Below are positions 56,078 to 64,000 of a DNA stretch of 64,000 nt, one piece after another. Both the position numbers and the translations under genes were made by a program. The stretch covers positions 679,497 to 743,496 of the forward strand of contig CAVUWG010000003.1 in NCBI GenBank assembly GCA_963745295.1, given 5' to 3'. A model generated the notes under the pieces. It ran no database searches. It saw only the letters and a program-made list of their open reading frames with translations, and was not told the origin of the DNA. Origin of the DNA: an uncultured Chloroflexia bacterium. Its GTDB lineage: Bacteria; Chloroflexota; Limnocylindria; Limnocylindrales; CSP1-4. Every line of letters starts with the position of its first letter. Within the stretch, counting starts at the first letter, position 1.

Positions 56078-57754
56078 TTGGCGGAGATCGGGACGATCCT
56101 GGGCGGTCGCTATCGGCTGGTCGAGCTGCTCGGCCAGGGCGGCATGGCGACGATCTTTCGTGCCGTCGACACCCAGCTCGGACGTGACGTCGCGGTCAAG
56201 CTGCTGCGGCCCGAGTACCTGCGCGACCCCGATTTCTCGTCGCGCTTCCGCCAGGAGGCCCAGGCCGCCGCGTCGCTGACCCACCCGAACGTCGTCACGG
56301 TCTTCGACTACGGCGAGGACCCCTCGGGGCCGTACATCGTCATGGAGCTCATCGACGGCGAGGACCTCGCGACGATCATCCGGCGCAGTGGCGCGTTGCC
56401 GCCGCGCCAGGCCACCCGCATCGCGGCCGCCGTCGCCCGGGCCCTCGCCGCGGCGCATGCGCGTGGCCTCATCCACCGCGACGTCAAGCCGGGCAACGTC
56501 CTGATCGGCCGCGACGGGCAGGTCAAGGTCGTCGACTTCGGCATCGCCCGCGCGGTCGCCGAGGCGCAGGTGACGCTGCCCGGCACGACGCTCGGGTCCG
56601 TCCACTACTTCAGCCCGGAGCAGGCCCGGGGCGAGCCGGCGACCGAGTCGTCCGATATCTACTCGCTGGGCATCGTGCTGTACGAACTGCTGACCGGCGT
56701 TCGTCCCTGGGAGGGCGACAGCGCCGCGTCCGTCGGGCTCGCGCGGCTGACCGGACCGGCCCCGGATCCGGTCGCGGTCCGGCCGTCGGTGCCGCCCGAC
56801 CTCGCCGCGATCACGCGCAAGGCGCTCGCACCCGAGGCCCAGGACCGATTCGTCTCCGCATCGGCGATGGCCGACGCGCTCGATGCCGCCCTCGCGACCG
56901 GGGGCGCCGCGGTCGGAGCCGCCGCGGCCGCGGCCGGCCTCGCCGGCGCAGCTGCCGGCACACTGGCGATGAGCGGCGTGGCCCGTTCGAACCCGTCGGC
57001 CGTGCCGTACGCGCCCGACGCCTACGCCGATCAGGCCGCCCCCGTCGCGCCGCCGACGCAAGGCCCGGTGCCGGCGCCCCTGGACGAGGAGGATCGAACG
57101 AACCCTCTGGTCTGGGTCGCGGGCATCGTGGCCATCCTGCTGCTGGCGGCCATCGCGTTCCTGGTCTTCCAGCTCGCCGGTGGCGGAGGTGCGACGCCGT
57201 CCGCCTCACCGTCGCCGTCGCCATCGGTCGGCGTCGTGACCGTCCCGAATTTCGTCGGCACCAACCTCGTCGATGCGAACACCGCGGCGGAGGCGCTCGG
57301 GATCACGCTCGTGCCCACCGGCGAGCCATCCGATCAGCCCGTCGGCACGATCCTTTCCCAGGACGTCCTGGTCGGCACGTCCGTCCCGGTCGGGAGCGAG
57401 GTGAACGTCACGGTCGCGAGCGGCGCGGACACGGTGCCGGTGCCGGCGCTCACCGACCTCACGAAGGCGGAGGCGCTCCAGGCGATCGTCGAGGCCGGTC
57501 TGGTGGTCGGGCAGGAGAGCGACGCCTTCGACGACAACGTGGCCAGGGGCTCGGTCATCTCGCAGAACCCACGGGCCGGCACTGTCGTGGCGAAGGGCAC
57601 CTCCGTCGACTACGTCGTGTCGAGGGGCCCTGAACCGACCCCGACGCCGACACCGACCCCGACGCCGACCCCGACACCCACGCCCACGCCGACCCCGACG
57701 CCGACACCGACCCCGACGCCGACCCCGACGCCCGAGGAGACGCCGGCCCCCTAG
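56078..57754 (+). CDS. pknB: Ser/Thr protein kinase with TM segment and two PASTA domains
   Basis: 558-aa ORF (TTG start) with GQGGMATIF, VAVK, HRDVKPGN, DFG and SPEQ. A TM helix lies at ~aa 345-365. Two PASTA-like repeats and a (PT)16 tail follow. Confidence 0.93.
   Translation: MAEIGTILGGRYRLVELLGQGGMATIFRAVDTQLGRDVAVKLLRPEYLRDPDFSSRFRQEAQAAASLTHPNVVTVFDYGEDPSGPYIVMELIDGEDLATIIRRSGALPPRQATRIAAAVARALAAAHARGLIHRDVKPGNVLIGRDGQVKVVDFGIARAVAEAQVTLPGTTLGSVHYFSPEQARGEPATESSDIYSLGIVLYELLTGVRPWEGDSAASVGLARLTGPAPDPVAVRPSVPPDLAAITRKALAPEAQDRFVSASAMADALDAALATGGAAVGAAAAAAGLAGAAAGTLAMSGVARSNPSAVPYAPDAYADQAAPVAPPTQGPVPAPLDEEDRTNPLVWVAGIVAILLLAAIAFLVFQLAGGGGATPSASPSPSPSVGVVTVPNFVGTNLVDANTAAEALGITLVPTGEPSDQPVGTILSQDVLVGTSVPVGSEVNVTVASGADTVPVPALTDLTKAEALQAIVEAGLVVGQESDAFDDNVARGSVISQNPRAGTVVAKGTSVDYVVSRGPEPTPTPTPTPTPTPTPTPTPTPTPTPTPTPTPTPEETPAP
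57635..57733. repeat. hexanucleotide CCGACN microsatellite encoding (Pro-Thr)16
   Basis: 16 consecutive CCS-ACN units at the 3' end of the kinase gene. Confidence 0.8.
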
Positions 57755-57760
57755 GCTCGG

Positions 57761-58135
57761 TCAGGCGCCCGGATCGTCCCAGAGGCTCCAGCGCGGTTCG
57801 TCGGGAAGCGGGCCGGCCTCCGTGTCGCCGCGAATGGCGATCTCGACGAATTCGAGGCGCGGAACAGGCGTTCCATCGACGAGCGGGAGCCGGGCTCGGG
57901 CCGCGGGCATCTCGGGCGTGACCGATGGGGCCGGGTTCGTCTCCCAGCAGGACCGGATCTCGTCGCCCTGGAGCGGGAGCCGTCGCCGATCGAGTGCGCA
58001 GTAGCCGAGCTGGCCGGCCACCGAGCGACGGAAGTTCCGACAGGTCAGACAGGCGGTGCTGGAGCGGTGACAGACCCAGCAGCGGGCGGTCTCGGCCTGC
58101 GGGATCCCGCAGTGTGGGCAACGCCACATCGGCAT
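57761..58135 (-). CDS. Cys-rich zinc-ribbon-like protein, hypothetical
   Basis: 124-aa ORF with CPHC...CWVC...CLTC...C motifs in the first 50 residues. It lies 46 nt downstream of the Ig-like protein gene. Confidence 0.55.
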   Translation of the reverse strand: MPMWRCPHCGIPQAETARCWVCHRSSTACLTCRNFRRSVAGQLGYCALDRRRLPLQGDEIRSCWETNPAPSVTPEMPAARARLPLVDGTPVPRLEFVEIAIRGDTEAGPLPDEPRWSLWDDPGA

Positions 58136-58181
58136 GCGCCGATGGTAGCTGCGACATCGGGCGCTGTCGACCCGGCGACGC

Positions 58182-59381
58182 CTATCTCGCGACCGTGAGG
58201 GCGAGGACGTCCTGGGCGGACCCGAATTCGTCGCTCGAGACCAGGACCGTCGCGCTGCCCTGGCCGCGATCCGCGCTCCTGGGGATGGTGGTCTCGTACG
58301 AGGCGCGCCCGTTGTCGTTCGTCGTGCCTTCCCAGGTGACCGTTCGGATGCCGGGGATGCTCAACGTGAAGGTCACGTCCGCGCCGGCCAGCGGACGCCC
58401 GTCCGGATCGGTGACGGTCGCGGTCAGCTTGATCGACTGCGGCAGTGTCCGGCGCGAGATGGTGTAGTCCGTCGCCTCGAGGGCCACCGTCATCTTCCCG
58501 TTGCCGCGGCGGACGGTCAGCTCGGCCGAGCTTTCGTTGCCCGCCGGATCCGAGGCGTTGATCACGATGTGGTTGAGGCCCGTCGTCAGGGGCAGGCTGA
58601 TCTTGAACGTCCCATCGGCCTCCGCCGTGCCGGCGATGCTCTGGGCGTTGTCGCTGTTCGTGGCGATCAATGTCGAGCGCGCCTGGACCTTGCCCTTGAT
58701 CACGACGCTCTTGCCGTTGATCAGGGCGTTCTTCTTGGGCGAGGTGATGGTGACCTTCGGTTTCGAGGTGTCCAACACGTATCGGACCACGGCCGAAGTC
58801 TCGGACTCGCCGCCGGGCCCGATGATCGTGACCGTGAAGTCGTTGATGCCCTTGGTCAGCTCGACCGGGACGACGGTCCTGGGGCTCTCGGCGATCGGGA
58901 CCTCCTGGATCGCCTGCTGGGGCTGGTCCTTGAGGGCGAGGTAGACCCGGATGCGATGTTCGGTGTCGCCGACCATCGCCGCGGGCACGGTGACGACGAG
59001 ATCGACCGTGGTGACGTTGGTGTACGGCTCGTCCGGCGACGCAAGCGTCGGGGCATCCGAGACAGTCAGGACGGTCGGCGCCGGGGTCGGCGTCGCGGTC
59101 ACCCCCCTGACGAAGCCGGAGAACGTCCCCCCGAGGCTCGCCGCGACGGTCCCCAGTCCCCCCATCCCGACATAGATGACCCCGACGCTGAGCGCGACGA
59201 CGGCCAGGGTCATGGCGAGCTTGACGATGAGCGGCAGGCCGCGGCCGCGGTTGATGGGTCGGTGGGAGGCCACCCGCCCGGGCTGCGGTGCGCGGGGTCG
59301 GACCTTGACCGGGGCGGGCCGACCGCTCGACGGAGGTCGAGGTCGAACGTGAGTGGGCCGCGGGCCACGCCGGGTCGTCAT
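58182..59381 (-). CDS. membrane-anchored protein with tandem Ig-like (Big-type) domains
   Basis: ATG 59381 within ORF 58182..59768. Basic N-terminus, one TM helix (IVKLAMTLAVVALSVGVIYVG), then beta-rich repeats (TVTIIGPGGESETS, IVINASDPAGNESS, LTATVTDPDGRPLAGADVTF). Confidence 0.75.
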   Translation of the reverse strand: MTTRRGPRPTHVRPRPPSSGRPAPVKVRPRAPQPGRVASHRPINRGRGLPLIVKLAMTLAVVALSVGVIYVGMGGLGTVAASLGGTFSGFVRGVTATPTPAPTVLTVSDAPTLASPDEPYTNVTTVDLVVTVPAAMVGDTEHRIRVYLALKDQPQQAIQEVPIAESPRTVVPVELTKGINDFTVTIIGPGGESETSAVVRYVLDTSKPKVTITSPKKNALINGKSVVIKGKVQARSTLIATNSDNAQSIAGTAEADGTFKISLPLTTGLNHIVINASDPAGNESSAELTVRRGNGKMTVALEATDYTISRRTLPQSIKLTATVTDPDGRPLAGADVTFTLSIPGIRTVTWEGTTNDNGRASYETTIPRSADRGQGSATVLVSSDEFGSAQDVLALTVAR

Positions 59382-59617
59382 CGCCCCCGATTGTGACACG
59401 GGCGGCGCGCACCGGGGACGAAGTGTCCTTGGCGCCCTTCGCGGATGCCCATCGGTCCGGGGCGGTGCGATGTACTCTGGCGCGGTCAGCGCGCGTGATC
59501 TCGATGATGCACGCGCCCCCAACGAGGGATGGAGTGCAGGCACGCGATCCACGATCCGGACGATCCGGAGGTCCTGCCGGACGACCCGGCAACGCGGTCG
59601 GTCGGCCGGCATTCGGC

Positions 59618-59950
59618 GTGGGGCCGATCGCTCGCGTCTCGCCGTCACCGCTGACCGAGCGGGAACGGGACGCGGCCGAGCAGTACGCCTCGTCTCCGCC
59701 GCGCCCCGGTTTCGGACTGCCGAGCCTGCGACGGAACGTCTGCCCGCATTTCTACATGACCGGGGCACGCGGGGCGATCCCGATCCAGGCGCCGCACCTC
59801 CTCAAGGCGCTCATCCGCCAGGACCTGAACGTGTCGCGCTGTCAGCTCCGGGGTGGCGTCCACCTGGACCAGGGCTTCGTCAACGACGTGTGCCTCACAC
59901 CGCGTTTCAACCAGTGCGTCTTCTACGAGGACGAGCTGACCCGGGAGTGA
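59618..59950 (+). CDS. hypothetical protein upstream of folC
   Basis: 3' part of ORF 59393..59950. GC3 rises only from ~59600, so GTG 59618 was chosen. It contains 4 Cys (CPHF...C...C...C). Start uncertain. Confidence 0.4.
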   Translation: MGPIARVSPSPLTERERDAAEQYASSPPRPGFGLPSLRRNVCPHFYMTGARGAIPIQAPHLLKALIRQDLNVSRCQLRGGVHLDQGFVNDVCLTPRFNQCVFYEDELTRE

Positions 59951-59960
59951 CGGTCCCCGC

Positions 59961-61337
59961 GTGAGCCCGGATCCGGGCGTGTCCCACGACAGTGCGGCCT
60001 TCGAGTACGACGATGCGCTGCGGGCGTTGGCCGAACGAGGGCGGTTCGGCATCCGTCTTGGCCTCGGACGGACGCGCGCCCTGCTCCGGGCGATGGGCGA
60101 CCCGCAACGGAGCGTCCGAGGCGCCCTGGTCGGCGGCACGAACGGGAAGGGCAGCGTGCTGGCCCTGGCCGGGAGCGCGTTGCGGGCCGCCGGGCTCCGC
60201 GTGGGCCAGACGCCGAAGCCCCACCTGGTCACCTATCGGGAGCGCATCGAGGTCGACGGCCGGCCCATCGACGCCGCGACGTTCACGCGGCTCGTCGCCG
60301 AGGTGCTGCCGGTCGCCGACCGCGTGGCCAGGCGCCACGGCGAACCGACCGAGTTCGAGCTGCTGACCGCGGTCGTCTTCCGCCATTTCGCCGATGCGGA
60401 TCTCGACGTCGCCCTCGTCGAGGTCGGGCTCGGCGGCCGACTCGATGCCACGCACGCCTGGGACGGCGGGGTCGCGGCGATCACGAACGTCGACCTCGAT
60501 CACACCGACCGGCTCGGTCCGACGATCGCGGCCATCGCCCGCGAGAAGGCCCCGATCATCGAGCGCGGCGATCGGGCGGTCACGGGCGCCACGGGCGAGG
60601 CATTGGCCATCATCCGGCGCCGGGCGCGGCGCCTGGGCGTGCCCCTCGTCGAGGTCTCGCCGCCCCCGCTCCTCGAGTGGGATCGCGACGGCATCGTCGT
60701 GGAGCTGCCCTCGCTCGGGGCCACCCGCGTCGGGTTGCGAGGCCGCCACCAGGCCACCAACGTGGCGGTCGCCGACGCCGTGCTCGACGCCCTCGAAGCG
60801 GCCGGGATCGCCAGCGTCGACGCCGCCGCGCGGCGGTCCGGCTACGCGAGCGCCACGTGGCCCGGCCGCCTCGAACTGCTCCGCGCGGACGAGCGCGACA
60901 TCCTGCTCGACGGGGCCCATAACCCGGCCGGTGCGGCGGCGCTCGCCGCGGCCCTCGACGACCTCCGGCCGTTCATCGACGAGGGGCCGATCACGCTCGT
61001 GACCGCCACGATGGCGGACAAGGATGTCGGTGGCGTGATCGCGGCGCTCGCGGCGGCCGGAGCGCTGGCCGGCGCACGGATCGTCGCGACCGCGGTAGGT
61101 GCGCCCCGCGCGATGCCACCGGCCGAGCTCGCCGCGCACTGGGCCGCGGCCCGGCCGCACGAGCCCCGACCCTTGACGGCCCCTGACCCGGTCACCGCGC
61201 TCGACCTGGCGCTCGACGAAGGCGATGGCCCGATCGTCGTGGCCGGCTCGCTCTATCTTGTCGGGGCGATCCGGGCCGTCCTCGTGGACGATCCCGACCT
61301 GCGCGACCCATCGCCTCCCGACATACCAGAGGCCTGA
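59961..61337 (+). CDS. folC: dihydrofolate synthase / folylpolyglutamate synthase
   Basis: 458-aa ORF with VGGTNGKGSV, EVGLGGRLDAT and DGAHNPAG. Confidence 0.93.
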   Translation: MSPDPGVSHDSAAFEYDDALRALAERGRFGIRLGLGRTRALLRAMGDPQRSVRGALVGGTNGKGSVLALAGSALRAAGLRVGQTPKPHLVTYRERIEVDGRPIDAATFTRLVAEVLPVADRVARRHGEPTEFELLTAVVFRHFADADLDVALVEVGLGGRLDATHAWDGGVAAITNVDLDHTDRLGPTIAAIAREKAPIIERGDRAVTGATGEALAIIRRRARRLGVPLVEVSPPPLLEWDRDGIVVELPSLGATRVGLRGRHQATNVAVADAVLDALEAAGIASVDAAARRSGYASATWPGRLELLRADERDILLDGAHNPAGAAALAAALDDLRPFIDEGPITLVTATMADKDVGGVIAALAAAGALAGARIVATAVGAPRAMPPAELAAHWAAARPHEPRPLTAPDPVTALDLALDEGDGPIVVAGSLYLVGAIRAVLVDDPDLRDPSPPDIPEA

Positions 61338-62260
61338 TGACCACCTCGTCCGTCCACGACACCCACCCGGGGCCGACCCGCATCGGCCGCTCGCTGTTCA
61401 CGTGGGGTTCGCGCACCTTCGTGATGGGCATCCTGAACGTGACGCCGGACTCCTTCTCCGGTGACGGGCTCCTCGCCGACCGGCCCGATCCGGATGACCG
61501 TTCGGACGGCGGAGACCCGGTCGCGGCGGCCGTCGCGGCGGCGCTGGCGATGGTCGCCGACGGCGCCGACATCCTCGATATCGGTGGCGAGTCGACGCGG
61601 CCGGGTCACGCCGCTGTGTCGGCCGAGGCCGAGCTTCAGCGTGTCGTTCCGGTCGTCGCGGCCGTGCGGGCGGCTCTCCCAGACGTCCCGATCAGCATCG
61701 ACACGACCAAGCCGGCCGTCGCCGAGGCGGCACTGGGGGTCGGTGCCGACCTGATCAACGACATCTGGGGCGTCGGGCCGGACGACGGCCTCGTGCGCGT
61801 CGCTGCGACCCACGAGGTCCCGCTCGTGGTGATGCACAACCGCGCCGAACCGCGCTACGCCGAGCTGGTCCCCGAGGTCATCGCGGACCTGCGGGTGGCC
61901 CTCGAGCGTGCGGTCCGCCTCGGCGTCGCCCCGGATGGCCTGATCGTCGACCCAGGCTTCGGCTTCGGGAAGACGCCCGAGCAGAACCTCCGGATCGTCC
62001 GGGAGCTGGGCGCGCTGCGCGCCCTGGGCCGGCCGATCCTGCTGGGCACGTCGCGCAAGTCCACCCTTGGCCGGGTGATGGACCTGCCGGTCGACGAACG
62101 CCTCGAGGCGACGCTGGCCGCGACCGCGATCGGGATCGCCCAGGGCGCCGACATCGTCCGGGTCCATGACGTCCGCGCCAACGTCCGCGCCGCACGGGTG
62201 AGTGACGCGATCGTTCGCGGCACCTGGCATGAGAGCACGCCACCCGGAGGTCCGTCGTGA
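61337..62260 (+). CDS. folP: dihydropteroate synthase
   Basis: 307-aa ORF with GILNVTPDSFSGDG, DIGGESTRPG and DPGFGFGK. The start overlaps the folC stop (TGATG). Confidence 0.95.
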   Translation: MTTSSVHDTHPGPTRIGRSLFTWGSRTFVMGILNVTPDSFSGDGLLADRPDPDDRSDGGDPVAAAVAAALAMVADGADILDIGGESTRPGHAAVSAEAELQRVVPVVAAVRAALPDVPISIDTTKPAVAEAALGVGADLINDIWGVGPDDGLVRVAATHEVPLVVMHNRAEPRYAELVPEVIADLRVALERAVRLGVAPDGLIVDPGFGFGKTPEQNLRIVRELGALRALGRPILLGTSRKSTLGRVMDLPVDERLEATLAATAIGIAQGADIVRVHDVRANVRAARVSDAIVRGTWHESTPPGGPS

Positions 62261-62640
62261 GCGACCGCATCGTCCTCGCGAACATGCGCTTCATGGCCCG
62301 CCACGGGGTCCATGACTGGGAGCAGCGCGAAGCGCAGCCGTTCGAAGTCGACGTCGAGCTCCATCGCGACCTGCGTCGGGCCGGCGTCGATGACGACCTC
62401 GCGGCCACTATCGACTACGGGCCCGTCTACGGAACCGTGCAGCGGATCCTCGAGGGCCCACCCATCCGGTTGCTTGAAGCCCTCGCGGAGGCGATCGCGG
62501 GGTCGTTGCTCGCGGATCTGGACGTGATCGAGGTCGTGGTCCGGGTCCGCAAGCCGGCGGTCCGGTTGGCCGGCCCGCTCGATTTCGCCGGCGTGGAGAT
62601 CCGACGTACCCGTCCCGGCGCCGAGGGCCACCGCGACTGA
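62257..62640 (+). CDS. folB: dihydroneopterin aldolase
   Basis: 127-aa ORF with RHGVHDWEQREAQPFEVDVEL and DYGPVY. GTGA overlap with folP. Confidence 0.9.
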   Translation: MSDRIVLANMRFMARHGVHDWEQREAQPFEVDVELHRDLRRAGVDDDLAATIDYGPVYGTVQRILEGPPIRLLEALAEAIAGSLLADLDVIEVVVRVRKPAVRLAGPLDFAGVEIRRTRPGAEGHRD

Positions 62641-62655
62641 GGGCCGGACGCAAGA

Positions 62656-62685
62656 CGCCGGCGCGGCCCGAAGGCTGCGCCGGCG
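62656..62685. terminator. bidirectional GC-rich hairpin between convergent genes
   Basis: CGCCGGCGC(GGCC)-CGAA-(GGCT)GCGCCGGCG, about 13 bp with a tetraloop and no U-tract. It lies between folB (+) and the protease gene (-). Confidence 0.45.
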
Positions 62686-62716
62686 CTCAGGCCGCGGGGG
62701 GTTCGCGCGCGAGCCG

Positions 62717-63946
<1,230 letters not shown>

Positions 63947-64000
63947 CCACTCGGGACGCGACTCGGGCGTCGGCGAGTAGCTGCCCGTGGCGGGCGCGCT

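Noticed and set aside
52943-57061. 1372-aa ORF on the minus strand, the longest ORF in the track
   Set aside because: It runs antisense across six well-supported plus-strand genes (EamA, response regulator, hydrolase, galU, kinase). Its translation is Arg/Gly/Asp/Pro-rich with no motifs. It is a typical shadow ORF of ~70% GC DNA.
57635-57733. Regular short repeats (also 45541..45725 and 430..560) that might be mistaken for CRISPR or VNTR arrays
   Set aside because: The units are 6-45 nt with no unique spacers. They lie in frame inside coding sequences and encode (PT)n, SPSA and PEPEAEP linkers. No cas genes are present.

Overview
64-kb, roughly 70% G+C chromosomal segment from a high-GC Terrabacteria-type genome. 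It looks Actinomycetota-like: GAAC-N4-GTTC SOS boxes, a PASTA Ser/Thr kinase, DUF3105 and dodecin. I support about 60 protein genes and one tRNA-Glu(UUC). I see no rRNA, CRISPR array, transposase or integrase.

Content is mostly core:
- Housekeeping: dnaB, lexA, rplI, dinB, argS, galU, folC-folP-folB, a pknB-like kinase and an HtrA-like protease.
- THF-linked histidine catabolism: hutH, hutU, hutI, a glutamate formimidoyltransferase, and a coupled cyclodeaminase-folD-fhs operon.
- tdh-kbl, a GH13 enzyme, an ExeM/NucH-type extracellular nuclease, and several transporters (MFS, EamA, DedA).

Most interesting observations:
1. A consensus promoter, ~110-nt leader, intrinsic terminator and SD sit in a low-GC spacer in front of an HD-GYP phosphodiesterase gene. 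This is a candidate riboswitch/attenuator or sRNA, and two tiny ORFs follow it.
2. A textbook LexA-repressed promoter with two SOS boxes drives an uncharacterised 90-aa ORF directly after dinB. The same promoter architecture occurs at lexA itself.
3. A 1143-aa STAND ATPase has a C-terminal wHTH+BTAD module, the reverse of the usual SARP domain order. It lies in a ~3-kb low-GC tract whose borders fall inside genes.
4. About 30 single-base frame disruptions cluster at 33.9-40.4 kb. They break ftcD, hutI, an MBL hydrolase, an HExxH lipoprotein and, at least 18 times, the essential argS. This is most likely an assembly or sequence-quality artefact and needs read-level checking.
5. An XRE-HTH / PD-(D/E)xK fusion gene sits in a low-GC islet.
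6. There is an orphan terminator with a C-rich tract at 37.0-37.3 kb and a 114-nt palindromic element abutting lexA.

Many long ORFs in the track are antisense shadow ORFs typical of high-GC DNA, and I rejected them. All family assignments are from motif recognition by eye; no database search was run.
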